Origin: Geotalea uraniireducens Rf4
GTDB taxonomy: Bacteria; Desulfobacterota; Desulfuromonadia; Geobacterales; Geobacteraceae
Reading direction: 5' to 3'
Assembly: GCF_000016745.1 (NCBI RefSeq)
Contig: NC_009483.1
Span: forward strand, 3,420,001 to 3,452,000
DNA length: 32,000 nucleotides
In this document: one piece after another, positions 8,961-19,340 of the stretch
Layout: every line of letters begins with the position of its first letter
How positions within the stretch are numbered: position 1 is the stretch's first letter
Position numbers and translations under genes: made by a program
Notes under the pieces: generated by a model
What the model saw: the letters and a program-made list of their open reading frames with translations, nothing else
What the model was told of the DNA's origin: nothing
Databases searched by the model: none

Positions 8961-9743
8961 ATGAACCACTTTACCATCGGCCTCATCGCCGCCATGCCGG
9001 AGGAGATAAAGCCGCTCCTCAGGCAGGTCGGGCCATATCGCAGAGAGAGGGCCGGATCGTTTAACATCTACCGCTTCCCCCTTGCCAATGGAGAGGCGTG
9101 CCTCATCGAATCGGGTATGGGGGCAGCAAAGGGGGCGGCCGCTACGCAGGCGCTCATCGATACCGCTTGCCCCTCCGTAATAATCAATTTCGGCTTTGCC
9201 GGGGCGGTGACGGCCGGCCCGTCGGTCGGCGACCTGGTGGTGGCAAATCGCCTCTTCTTCCACCAGCACCGGTCGTTTTCCGAACAGTATGACCTCGATC
9301 AGGACCTGAGCGAACTGATGGAATTGGCGCTGGCCAAGGGGTGCAGGAGAAAACCGTTCCAGGTCTACAGCGGGGCGTTCATCACCGCCGGAGAGATCGT
9401 GGTAAAGGGAAATCTGGCGGCGATTCTTCCGCAAGGCGTTGCCAATCCTGTGCTCGATATGGAGACGGCCGCGATAGCGCAAGTGGCTGCCGGGGTAAAA
9501 ATCCCCATCATCGCCGTACGGGCCATAAGCGACGCCGCCGATGAGGAACTGGACTTCTCCCTCGAAGAACTGACCGACAACGAGCTAAACGTGAGGATTG
9601 GCAGAGTGCTTTGGACTGTCTCCCGAAAACCGTGGATCATCCCCCAGCTGTTGAGACTCGCCAAGAACGCCAAACTGGCGGGGGAAAATCTGGCTTACGG
9701 GGTTCAGGTTGTGATGCAGACGGTCACTGCAATGGAGATGTAA
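8961..9743 (+). CDS. hpnG: PNP/UDP-1 family nucleosidase/phosphorylase, HpnG-like
   Basis: IGLIAAMPEEI, GMGAAKGAAA and DMETAAIAQVA motifs of the MTA/SAH-nucleosidase fold. Divergently paired with hpnJ. RBS AAGGA lies upstream of the ATG. Confidence 0.65.
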   Translation: MNHFTIGLIAAMPEEIKPLLRQVGPYRRERAGSFNIYRFPLANGEACLIESGMGAAKGAAATQALIDTACPSVIINFGFAGAVTAGPSVGDLVVANRLFFHQHRSFSEQYDLDQDLSELMELALAKGCRRKPFQVYSGAFITAGEIVVKGNLAAILPQGVANPVLDMETAAIAQVAAGVKIPIIAVRAISDAADEELDFSLEELTDNELNVRIGRVLWTVSRKPWIIPQLLRLAKNAKLAGENLAYGVQVVMQTVTAMEM

Positions 9744-9867
9744 TTCCAATTTCAAATCAAGGATGAAATCAAGGCGGCGAGGAGTGAGGCGACGAAGGCG
9801 TACAGATAGTACGTTGAAGAGCCGAAGACGAGCCAACGAAGATAGCGCCTTGATTTGGAATTGGAAT
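9743..9867. repeat. long inverted repeat: 20-bp stem, about 85-nt purine-rich loop
   Basis: ATTCCAATTTCAAATCAAGG (9743-9762) pairs with CCTTGATTTGGAATTGGAAT (9848-9867); 19 Watson-Crick pairs plus one T.G. A second copy of AAATCAAGG at 9766-9774 offers an alternative register. Lies between the convergent hpnG and ptsI ends. Confidence 0.9.
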
Positions 9868-9872
9868 AAGGC

Positions 9873-11639
9873 TTAATCGAAACTGTCCGAGAATCGGGCA
9901 GCTATGACGCTTTTCAGATATGATTCCACATCTTGTGCTGTGGAATAGGTGAGGGCGTGTGCGGCAACGTCTTCCGCTTCCTTCCTGGTGCAACGCCGGA
10001 GGATCTTTTTTACCCTGGGGATGGAAACAGCATTCATGGAAAGTTCATCGAAACCGAGGCCGAGGAGAATTGGCAGATACTCGGGGTCGCCTGCCATCTC
10101 ACCGCACATGCAGGCGTCGATGCCGGCGGCGTGGGCCGCATCCACCACCATCTTGAGTGATCTCAGTACTGCAGGATGCAAGGGTTCGTAAAGGGATGAA
10201 AGATGCTCATTGGTGCGGTCAATGGCGAGTGTGTACTGGATGAGATCATTGGTGCCGACGCTGAAAAAGTCGACCTCCTTGGCCAGCAGATCGGCAATGA
10301 TGACGGCAGAGGGAATCTCGATCATGACGCCGATCTCGATCTGTTCGTCAAACGGCACGGAGGCGGCCCGCAACTCCGCCTTGACCTCTTCCACAATGGC
10401 CTTGGCCGCCCGCACCTCACCCACGCCGGAGATCATCGGAAAAAAGATGCGCACCTTTCCCAAGGCGCTCGCCCTGAGAATTGCCCGTAACTGGGTCTTG
10501 AAGGTTTCCTGCTGGCGCAGGGAGAGGCGGATAGCCCGCACGCCCAGGGCCGGGTTCATTTCATCACCGAGGTTCAAGTCGGTGAGAATCTTATCTCCCC
10601 CCACGTCCAGGGTGCGGATGGTCACCGGGGCCGGCGACATCTCTCTGACGATGGCGGCATAGGCATCGAACTGCTCCTGCTCGCCGGGCAGGGAATCACG
10701 GTTGAAAAAGAGCATCTCGGTGCGGTAAAGGCCTATGCCTTCAGCCCCGTGCCTTTTTATGGAAGGGACCTCCTCGATAAACTCCACATTCCCCTTGAGA
10801 CTGACGCTATGGCCGTCCAGTGTCACCGCCGGGAGGTCCGTGAGTTTCAAGAGCTCACGCTCCACGTATTCATAGTGCTGCTTGCGCCGCAGGTACTCGC
10901 GGAATGTTTCCTGGTCCGGATTGCTGATGACGGTGCCGGTCGCGCCGTCGATGATGACGGTGGCCCCGTCCTCGATCTCGCCGGTTATCCGCTCCATCCC
11001 CACTACTGCAGGGATCTCCAGGGCGCGGGCAAGTATTGCCGAATGGGAAGTCTTTCCCCCCATGTCGGTCATGAAACCGATCACCTTTGTCTTGTCGATC
11101 TGGAGAATGTCGGCTGGAGAGAGATCGTGGGCAACAACGATCACCTTGCCGTCAATGGCAGAGATCGGCTCCTGTTTCTGCCCCACCATATTGCGCAGGA
11201 CCCTCTCGACGACCGTCTCCACGTCAGCGCTCCGCTCGCGCAGGTATTCGTCTTCGATGCCGCTGAAGAATTCCTTCAGCTTGTGCAGCGTCCGCTTTAA
11301 TGCTCCTTCTGCGTTTATGCTTTCTATCTCGATTATTGCCGACGTCTCACCGATCAGCATCGTGTCGTCGAGAAGCAGCAGGTGGGTATCGATGTGCTGG
11401 AGATGTTCATCCCCGCGCTTTGCGGCAATATTCTGCTTCAATGAACTCAGTTCGGCCTTCGCTCTCTCCAGGGCCTTTTTGAGACGTTCCAACTCGAATG
11501 GGATCTCGGATCTTTCCACCGAAGTCTCGACCACGGCAACACGACTTCTGTCGGTGATCTTCACCTGACCGATAGCAATACCGGAAGAAGCGCCGATGCC
11601 ATGCCAGATTCTGTTGTTGTTAATCTTCACCGAAGCCAT
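9873..11639 (-). CDS. ptsI: phosphoenolpyruvate--protein phosphotransferase (PTS enzyme I)
   Basis: 588 aa. GIGASSGIAIG N-terminus, phosphohistidine region GGKTSHSAILARALEIPAVVG, and a PEP-utilising C-terminal TIM barrel (GIGLYRTE, FFSVGTNDLIQY). Confidence 0.93.
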   Translation of the reverse strand: MASVKINNNRIWHGIGASSGIAIGQVKITDRSRVAVVETSVERSEIPFELERLKKALERAKAELSSLKQNIAAKRGDEHLQHIDTHLLLLDDTMLIGETSAIIEIESINAEGALKRTLHKLKEFFSGIEDEYLRERSADVETVVERVLRNMVGQKQEPISAIDGKVIVVAHDLSPADILQIDKTKVIGFMTDMGGKTSHSAILARALEIPAVVGMERITGEIEDGATVIIDGATGTVISNPDQETFREYLRRKQHYEYVERELLKLTDLPAVTLDGHSVSLKGNVEFIEEVPSIKRHGAEGIGLYRTEMLFFNRDSLPGEQEQFDAYAAIVREMSPAPVTIRTLDVGGDKILTDLNLGDEMNPALGVRAIRLSLRQQETFKTQLRAILRASALGKVRIFFPMISGVGEVRAAKAIVEEVKAELRAASVPFDEQIEIGVMIEIPSAVIIADLLAKEVDFFSVGTNDLIQYTLAIDRTNEHLSSLYEPLHPAVLRSLKMVVDAAHAAGIDACMCGEMAGDPEYLPILLGLGFDELSMNAVSIPRVKKILRRCTRKEAEDVAAHALTYSTAQDVESYLKSVIAARFSDSFD

Positions 11640-11886
11640 TTATAATGAGTTCCCCCAAAGTGTCGAGGGCATCAGACTCATCAGCCCCCTCGACCCTGAC
11701 GTGAATAACGCTCCCTTTTGCAGCGGCCAGCATCATTATACCCATGATGCTTTTTCCGTTGACCTCAACCCCTTCCCGCTCGATCTTTATATCCGATGCA
11801 AAGCGGCTGGCGGTTTTCACCAGCAGCGCCGAAGCCCTGGCATGAAGCCCTAACTTATTGACTATCGTATATTCCTGTTCACGCAT
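11620..11886 (-). CDS. ptsH: phosphocarrier protein HPr
   Basis: Start moved to the ATG at 11884-11886, preceded by AAGGA. 88 aa with active-site GLHARAS and the Ser46 region GKSIMGIM. Overlaps the ptsI start by 20 nt. Confidence 0.85.
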   Translation of the reverse strand: MREQEYTIVNKLGLHARASALLVKTASRFASDIKIEREGVEVNGKSIMGIMMLAAAKGSVIHVRVEGADESDALDTLGELIINGFGED

Positions 11887-11912
11887 TTGAATAATCCTTC
11901 GCCCGTCACCTG

Positions 11913-12308
11913 TTACTTCTTCAGGTACTCCCCGGCCACTGAGATACTTTCCAAGCCGCACTCCTTCAACTTCCGGGCAAGCTCAGACACCCCAACCTTC
12001 GTTCGTTCGGTCGCAAATTTTATCACCATCGGCAAGTTTACGCCGGTCAGCACTTCAACCTTGTTTTCCTCCAAAAAGGAAAGGCTCATATTGGAGGGAG
12101 TACCGCCGAACATGTCGGTCATTATGATCACCCCATCACCGGAAACTTTTTCAACCGCACTGGTTATGGAAGACATGATCACGTCAACTTTTGCATCGGC
12201 CTTTATTCCTACAGTCTCTGCCCTCTCGATTTTTCCGACAATCATTTCTGCGGCAACAAGAAGCTCTTCTGCCAAGCCGGCATGTGTTACCAGTACTAAT
12301 CCGATCAT
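11913..12308 (-). CDS. PTS EIIA component, mannose/fructose family
   Basis: MIGLVLVTHAGLAEEL, with the phosphorylatable His near position 9. 131 aa. ATGA overlap with the rapZ stop. Confidence 0.8.
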   Translation of the reverse strand: MIGLVLVTHAGLAEELLVAAEMIVGKIERAETVGIKADAKVDVIMSSITSAVEKVSGDGVIIMTDMFGGTPSNMSLSFLEENKVEVLTGVNLPMVIKFATERTKVGVSELARKLKECGLESISVAGEYLKK

Positions 12309-13171
12309 TTTTCCAGCCCCTTTTTCATGTCTCGATGTGAAACATTCAGGTTCAATTGCTTTGTCCTGAAAAAGTCGCGCATTTCTTCGGTGATGACCAC
12401 CGATCGGTGACGCCCCCCGGTACAGCCTATGGAAACAGTGAGATACGATTTCCCTTCCCGCCGATAACCGGGCAAGAGAAATTCAAGCATCTCTTTGAAC
12501 TTGTTCAGGAAAATCCGTGTTTCCTCATATTTCAGCACGTAATCGCGTACATTCGGATTGAGACCGGAAAATTCCTTCAGTTCAGGCACAAAATAGGGAT
12601 TCGGCAAAAAACGTACGTCCATAACCAGATCCGATTCGAGGGGGATGCCGTATCGGTAACCAAAAGACTGGAGATGGATCGTCATCTCCCTACCACCATG
12701 GTTCCCCTTGACATGTGAGATAACCAGTTCCCTCAACTGATGGACGTTCAGTTCGGAAGTATCGATTATCATGGTCGCAAGTCTGCGCAACCCTGCCAGT
12801 TGTTCGCGCTCGTAACGTATCCCCTCCGGCACGGAACCACTCTCCATGGCTGGATGACGGCGCCGGGTTTCTGAAAAACGGCGGATGAGCACCTCATCGG
12901 TGGCATCGAAAAAAAGAATCTCGACGAAATGTCCGGCTTCGCTTATTTCCTGAAAAACCTTTTCATACCCTGCATGAAAATCCCGGCCTCGAATATCCAT
13001 TACCAGCGCCACGTCGCGCACCCGCTCCTTTGCCTTGTCAACAAGCTCGACAAAGGTAGGAAAGAGCATTACTGGCAGATTGTCCTGGCAAAAGAAACCT
13101 TCGTCTTCCAGAGCGCGCACCGCCGTGGACTTCCCGGAACCGGAAAGGCCAGTGATAATAAGGATTCGCAA
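12305..13171 (-). CDS. rapZ: RNase adapter protein RapZ (YhbJ family P-loop protein)
   Basis: Walker A GLSGSGKST and C-terminal GCTGGRHRSV. Start moved to the TTG at 13169-13171, just after the hprK stop and preceded by GAGGTGG. The ORF-track start would overlap hprK by 56 nt. Confidence 0.88.
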   Translation of the reverse strand: MRILIITGLSGSGKSTAVRALEDEGFFCQDNLPVMLFPTFVELVDKAKERVRDVALVMDIRGRDFHAGYEKVFQEISEAGHFVEILFFDATDEVLIRRFSETRRRHPAMESGSVPEGIRYEREQLAGLRRLATMIIDTSELNVHQLRELVISHVKGNHGGREMTIHLQSFGYRYGIPLESDLVMDVRFLPNPYFVPELKEFSGLNPNVRDYVLKYEETRIFLNKFKEMLEFLLPGYRREGKSYLTVSIGCTGGRHRSVVITEEMRDFFRTKQLNLNVSHRDMKKGLEK

Positions 13172-13172
13172 C

Positions 13173-14132
13173 TTATTCCACCTCGTTTCCCAAAGGACGG
13201 ACTTCCATACGCGCAAGCAGCCTTTCATGGAAATCCCGGGCAGAATAATATCCCATTCCTTTAAGCAGGAAATTCCTGGCCGCCACTTCTATTATTGAGG
13301 TAAGGTTTCGTCCAGGCCGGACCGGGATCTTCAGATGGGGAAGTTCGACTCCGAGAATGGCGTAAACCTGGTCGTCAATTCCAAGACGTTCGTACTCCTG
13401 GTCAGGGTCCCATTCCACAAGTTCCAGAACCATATCGATAATTTTTTTTTCTCGGATGGAAGAAACACCGTAGAGATCCTTGACATTTATAATACCTAGC
13501 CCGCGGATTTCCATGTGGTATTGAATCGTCTCTCCAGCCTGTCCCACCAATGCAGCAGGCATTTTTTTCTTGATATGGATAATGTCGTCGGCAACGAGGC
13601 GGTGACCGCGAATTACCAGGTCAAGGGCACACTCGCTTTTACCGATGCCGCTTTTACCGAGAAGAAGCACTCCCACTCCGAGCACATCAACCAGAACGCC
13701 GTGAATGTGGGTGGTGGGAAGAAGGCTTTCCTCCATGAACTTGGTAATCAGGGAAATAAATGTGGACGACTGGTGAGGAGTCCCCAGCAGCGGGATTCCA
13801 GCCTCCTCGGCAGCTTTTTTCAAAAAAGCGGGAGGGACCAACCCTTTGGTGATGATAAAACAGGAGATGGGAAAGGAACAGAGTTTGCCTATATGCAAGG
13901 CAGCCAGATCTTCGGGGATCTGCCTCAGGTACGATATTTCCGTATTGCCGAGCACCTGTACCCGATCCGGGTGCAGGTGCTCGGTATAACCGGTAAGAGC
14001 CAGACCCGGTTTCTGAATGCGTGAGCTGTAGAGCCGGTGTGAAAGCCCACTTTCACCCGCGATCAGATTGAGATCAAGGCCATATGCCTGATCTTCAAGC
14101 AGGTCTTTGATGGAAAGGCTGATCGTGTTCAA
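13173..14132 (-). CDS. hprK: HPr kinase/phosphorylase
   Basis: P-loop GKSGIGKSECALDLVIRGHRLVADD and the HprK C-terminal domain. TTG start overlapping the ptsN stop (TTGA). Confidence 0.9.
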   Translation of the reverse strand: MNTISLSIKDLLEDQAYGLDLNLIAGESGLSHRLYSSRIQKPGLALTGYTEHLHPDRVQVLGNTEISYLRQIPEDLAALHIGKLCSFPISCFIITKGLVPPAFLKKAAEEAGIPLLGTPHQSSTFISLITKFMEESLLPTTHIHGVLVDVLGVGVLLLGKSGIGKSECALDLVIRGHRLVADDIIHIKKKMPAALVGQAGETIQYHMEIRGLGIINVKDLYGVSSIREKKIIDMVLELVEWDPDQEYERLGIDDQVYAILGVELPHLKIPVRPGRNLTSIIEVAARNFLLKGMGYYSARDFHERLLARMEVRPLGNEVE

Positions 14133-14599
14133 TAGCAGCTGTCCTGTTCTCTGATTACATTGTAAATAGCGGCGGCATCCGCAGCATCCAAAAGCCTCTT
14201 ACGGGTTGCAGGGTCTTTCAGGATTCTGGAGATCCGTGCCAACATTTTCAGATGTATCCCAACAGCCTCGTCAGGAGCGACCAGGAGAAAAAACAGTTGC
14301 GCAGGTCGGCCGTCAAGTGAATTGAAATCTACCCCAGCCAGGCTGCGGCCAAAGACAAGCACAAGCTCTTTGGCGTTCTTGACCTTGCCGTGTGGAATTG
14401 CAACGCCATCTCCAATGCCGGTGCTCCCGAGCCTTTCACGTTCCTGCAGAATCTTGCAAAGTTCCGCGCGATTGAGCCCCGGATTGCGTTCTTCCACCTT
14501 TGCAGCAAGCTCGGCGAGAACTTGATCTTTCTGATCGGAGGTGAGGTCGGGAATGATATCTTCCGGCTGCAGAAAGCCGATAATATTGATCCTCCCCAC
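14129..14599 (-). CDS. ptsN: PTS EIIA-Ntr (nitrogen regulatory IIA protein)
   Basis: EIIA type-2 fold with GIGDGVAIPHGK (active-site His). Position after hpf and rpoN is as in other proteobacteria. The GTG start at 14599 lacks an SD, so the exact start is uncertain. Confidence 0.85.
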   Translation of the reverse strand: MGRINIIGFLQPEDIIPDLTSDQKDQVLAELAAKVEERNPGLNRAELCKILQERERLGSTGIGDGVAIPHGKVKNAKELVLVFGRSLAGVDFNSLDGRPAQLFFLLVAPDEAVGIHLKMLARISRILKDPATRKRLLDAADAAAIYNVIREQDSCY

Positions 14600-14607
14600 G
14601 ACTGCGG

Positions 14608-15153
14608 CTACTCTTTATTCGGTTCTATGAGGCCGTAATTGCCATCCTTACGGCGATAGATAACGTTGATGTTTTCTGTAGCAGCCTCTGTATAGACCAG
14701 AAAATCCTTGTGCAGGAGATCCATCTGCATAACCGCCTCTTCCACGGACATGGGCTTGAGGGAAAAGGTCTTGGTTCTGATGATGACCGGTTCTCTCTGC
14801 TGTTCGATACTTTCAGCCTCGACGATACTTTTCTGAACCAGACGCTCGCGGGTGTCAGTAGCCGGCTTATGGGCCTTGATCCGCTCCTTGTAACGCCGCA
14901 GTTGCCGCTCGATTTTATCTACCACCGCATCGACCGCTGCATACATGTCGTTGGTCTCTTCCGAAGCCTTCATGGTAATTCCCTTGGCTGTAATGGTCAC
15001 CTCCGCACTATGGCGGATTTTCTCCACAGTCAGGAAGACTTGGGCCACGATCGGCTCATCAATATATTTTTTGACCCTTTCCAGTTTTTCCTCAGCGTAG
15101 CTTTTAAGGGGATCACTCGGCTCCATGTGTCTGAATGTTGTTGTTATCTGCAT
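14608..15153 (-). CDS. hpf: ribosome hibernation promoting factor, long form (sigma-54 modulation protein family)
   Basis: MQITTTFRHMEPSDPLKSYAEEKLERVKKY N-terminus plus a C-terminal dimerisation extension. SD GGGAGG lies 8 nt upstream of the ATG. Confidence 0.9.
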   Translation of the reverse strand: MQITTTFRHMEPSDPLKSYAEEKLERVKKYIDEPIVAQVFLTVEKIRHSAEVTITAKGITMKASEETNDMYAAVDAVVDKIERQLRRYKERIKAHKPATDTRERLVQKSIVEAESIEQQREPVIIRTKTFSLKPMSVEEAVMQMDLLHKDFLVYTEAATENINVIYRRKDGNYGLIEPNKE

Positions 15154-15237
15154 ACTATTTACCTCCCGTCGTTTATTGTAAGCTCAAGGCCCATCGTTCT
15201 GTTGCCGATGAGCAGAAAGCATCCGGCTGTCTTGCCG

Positions 15238-16683
<1,446 letters not shown>

Positions 16684-16783
16684 AAGCAGTTACACCTTTG
16701 CAACACAATTAATTATAAAGTGCCACGGTTAATGTTCAATGTTCGGGTTGTAGAAGAAATGCCGTCCGTCAAAGCATCCCGAA

Positions 16784-17524
16784 TTACAGCCGGAATTTCT
16801 CGCCCAGATAAATCTCCCGCGCCTTCCTGCTCTCCGCTATCTGCACAGGATCACCGAATTCGAGGACTTCTCCTGCATTGAGGATATATGCTTTGTCACA
16901 TACGCCCAGGGTTTCCCGCACATTGTGGTCGGAAATGAGCACGCCGAGCCCCTTGTTCTTCAAGTCTGTGATAATACCCTGGATATCGATCACCGCTAAA
17001 GGGTCAATTCCGGCAAACGGCTCGTCGAGCAGGATGAAAGCAGGATCAGTCGCAAGCGCCCTGGCAATTTCGACCCTGCGGCGTTCACCGCCGGAAAGGG
17101 CAAAACCCTTGCTCCGGGCAATATGGGTTATCCTGAACTCGGCTAGAAGCTCTTCCACCCGCTCCCGACAACGGCTTCTCGACAATTTCATGGTTTCGAG
17201 GACTGCCATCAGGTTTTCCTCAACCGTTAATTTACGAAAAACCGAAGGCTCCTGGGGAAGATAGCTTATCCCCTTCCGCGCCCGCAGATACATGGGGAGG
17301 TCGGTAATGGCATCCCCATCCAGATAAACAGCGCCGCTATCCGGGCGGCAGAGTCCGACCACCATGTAAAAAGTAGTCGTCTTTCCCGCCCCGTTCGGCC
17401 CCAAGAGGCCGATCACTTCACCGGACGAAACTTTGAGGTCAACGCTGTTGACAACCATCCGCCGGTTGAAACTCTTCTTCAGCTCTCTTGTATAAAGGGT
17501 TCTTTCAGGGTTTAGCGCTGCCAT
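16784..17524 (-). CDS. lptB: LPS export ABC transporter ATP-binding protein LptB
   Basis: Walker [10 protein letters not shown], signature LSGGERRR and Walker B ILLDEP. Start moved to the ATG at 17522-17524 (AAGGGA RBS). The ORF-track start would overlap lptA by about 100 nt. Confidence 0.93.
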   Translation of the reverse strand: MAALNPERTLYTRELKKSFNRRMVVNSVDLKVSSGEVIGLLGPNGAGKTTTFYMVVGLCRPDSGAVYLDGDAITDLPMYLRARKGISYLPQEPSVFRKLTVEENLMAVLETMKLSRSRCRERVEELLAEFRITHIARSKGFALSGGERRRVEIARALATDPAFILLDEPFAGIDPLAVIDIQGIITDLKNKGLGVLISDHNVRETLGVCDKAYILNAGEVLEFGDPVQIAESRKAREIYLGEKFRL

Positions 17525-18014
17525 CTTTTCCCTTGTCCATGGGATGTATGACCGCCTCAACCCGCGCGTCCCCCCCACCGGTGACAACACTCTTCTGCTC
17601 ATCCACGAAGTAGGTAATCACCTTGCCTGAAACAACGTCATCCCCCTGGTATACCTTGGGAGATGTATCGAGAACTATCTTCCCCGCTTTATTCTCATAG
17701 AGGGCGTGGCCTGCCAAGGCCTGACGGTTTCCCTGCACGACCCGCACATTGCCGAAAGCCTCAACTTTTTCAACATCTTTATCTTTTTCCGAATAGTTGA
17801 TAACCAGCTTATCGGAGTAGATGGTCATATCTCCCTGCCGTGCCGAAACCTTCCCGACAAACGTGGCAGTTCTGTTATTGTTATCGGTAAAAAGCTCGTT
17901 TGATTTAATTTTAATCGGTTGAGCATTTCGATCCCCGCCGGATTTTCCTGCGGCAAGCACCACACCGGCAAGCGTCAGGCTGAGAACGATGGCAAGAATA
18001 CATTTTTTTATCAC
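17505..18014 (-). CDS. lptA: LPS transport periplasmic protein LptA (OstA-like)
   Basis: Signal peptide plus an OstA N-terminal-type beta-jellyroll pattern ([34 protein letters not shown]). Located between lptC and lptB. Confidence 0.8.
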   Translation of the reverse strand: MIKKCILAIVLSLTLAGVVLAAGKSGGDRNAQPIKIKSNELFTDNNNRTATFVGKVSARQGDMTIYSDKLVINYSEKDKDVEKVEAFGNVRVVQGNRQALAGHALYENKAGKIVLDTSPKVYQGDDVVSGKVITYFVDEQKSVVTGGGDARVEAVIHPMDKGKDGSAKP

Positions 18015-18586
18015 TTGTTGATTCCTGTCCTCACGCTTGCAGTAACGTCCTTCATTATCTTCAGGTTCTTCGTTACCGTCATCAGCTCCATACCGACGCC
18101 GTCCAGGTCCAATTGTCCATCGCTGAATCTTACCCTGCCTGCAGTCTTGATCATGGAACGGTTTGCCATATAAATCGCGATTTCAGTGGTAAATCGCATC
18201 CCGGATACGCTTTTTGCCTCAACGTTGCCCACAAGCTTCACATCTTTTGATTTGCTGTCATAATCAGCCCGGTCGGCTGTCAGGGTAATATCCCCCATTT
18301 TACCGCCGGCAGCAACAAGCAGACGGACACCGGTCAGGTGAATAATCTCGCTCTTCCTATCGAATACGGCCTGATCGGCAAGAAGATCCCACTTTTTCAC
18401 CCCGGCCTTCGTTTCTGTGTAGTGAATTTTCTGCAGGGCCACATCAACATTCCCGGGAAGCCGACTAAGTGTCTCGGCCGGGGTCTTGCCCTGCTGAACT
18501 TTCAACGTTATTGCAACGACTACCGAAATAGCGGACAAAATAATGACTAACGCCAGGAATCGCCTGATATTATTGAGTTTCAGCAT
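18011..18586 (-). CDS. lptC: LPS export protein LptC
   Basis: N-terminal TM anchor followed by an LptC-type fold. Conserved position between kdsC and lptA. Its stop overlaps the lptA GTG (GTGA). Confidence 0.75.
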   Translation of the reverse strand: MLKLNNIRRFLALVIILSAISVVVAITLKVQQGKTPAETLSRLPGNVDVALQKIHYTETKAGVKKWDLLADQAVFDRKSEIIHLTGVRLLVAAGGKMGDITLTADRADYDSKSKDVKLVGNVEAKSVSGMRFTTEIAIYMANRSMIKTAGRVRFSDGQLDLDGVGMELMTVTKNLKIMKDVTASVRTGINK

Positions 18587-18598
18587 AATTTTAAGGGG

Positions 18599-18627
18599 AG
18601 TATAGCATCATAAAAAAGGGCTGTAAA
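18599..18627 (-). promoter_or_regulatory. near-consensus sigma-70 promoter (TTTACA-N17-TATACT) directly upstream of lptC
   Basis: On the minus strand, TTTACA is at 18627-18622 and TATACT at 18604-18599. Only 12 nt separate the -10 box from the lptC ATG (18586), and there is no SD in between. Confidence 0.5.
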
Positions 18628-18742
18628 GCGCTTTCTGGCGGGCAATTTAAATTTTGGCATGGAGATTGAAGAAGGGAGGACATCATCTGTAAACATGATC
18701 GGCCGATAAACAAAAACAGATGACTGATTTAAGAGAATATCC

Positions 18743-19258
18743 CTACGAATAATACCGAGCGGTAACCGTTTCCCAGGCTCCCTGTTCCTTGAGCAGCAGA
18801 TCGCACACTTCCCGCACGGCGCCCCAGCCGCCACGATTTCTGGTCACAAAGTGGACGTGGGGTAACACATCCGGTACGGCATCGGCCGGAGCCGCGGCAA
18901 ACCCCACCCGGCGCATGATAGGGATATCGATAATATCATCGCCGACAAAGGCGACCTGGGAATCGTCAAGCCCGGTCTCTGCCAAAATCTTCGTGTACGG
19001 CGTCAGTTTATCCAGACATTTCTGGTAAAGACAGGCAATCCCCAATTCAGCGGCCCGATTGACCACCACCTGGGACCCCCGGCCGGAAATAATCCCAACC
19101 TCAATCCCTGCCCGCTGCACCATTTTAATGCCGTGACCGTCCTTGACGTTGAAAAACTTGCTCTCCACGCCGTTTGAGTCGAAGATGATACGGCCGTCGG
19201 TCATGACCCCATCCACATCGAGGATAAGCAGTTTTATGTTGCTAAGTCGTTCTTTCAC
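18743..19258 (-). CDS. kdsC: 3-deoxy-D-manno-octulosonate 8-phosphate phosphatase (HAD-IIIA)
   Basis: LLILDVDGVMTDG HAD motif I and VAFVGDDIIDIP motif III. Start moved to the GTG at 19256-19258 (RBS GAAGGGGA). The longer ORF-track N-terminus (MVDGRWS x3) is just a translation of the heptamer array. Confidence 0.85.
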   Translation of the reverse strand: MKERLSNIKLLILDVDGVMTDGRIIFDSNGVESKFFNVKDGHGIKMVQRAGIEVGIISGRGSQVVVNRAAELGIACLYQKCLDKLTPYTKILAETGLDDSQVAFVGDDIIDIPIMRRVGFAAAPADAVPDVLPHVHFVTRNRGGWGAVREVCDLLLKEQGAWETVTARYYS

Positions 19259-19284
19259 GCGTTCCCCTTCACCATTCACCAACC

Positions 19285-19340
19285 GACCATCGACCATCGA
19301 CCATCGACCATCGACCATCGACCATCGACCATCGACCATC
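19285..19340. repeat. 8 perfect tandem copies of heptamer GACCATC, with degenerate copies on both flanks (19270-19347)
   Basis: Counted directly: copies start at 19285, 19292, ... 19334. The array ends 2 nt from the kdsD stop codon (19349-19351). Confidence 0.98.

Noticed and set aside
16728-16745. TGGCAC on the minus strand upstream of rpoN
   Set aside because: No TTGC-type -12 element follows at the required 5-nt spacing; AATTA follows instead.
18655-18670. Sigma-54-like element TGGCAT-N5-TTGAA on the plus strand
   Set aside because: The conserved GC of the -12 box is GA. It faces away from all real genes, since only a shadow ORF lies downstream on the plus strand.
19259-19339. N-terminal extension of kdsC reading MVDGRWSMVDGRWSMVDGRL
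   Set aside because: It is a three-frame-periodic translation of the GACCATC heptamer array. The HAD core starts later and has its own RBS plus GTG at 19258.
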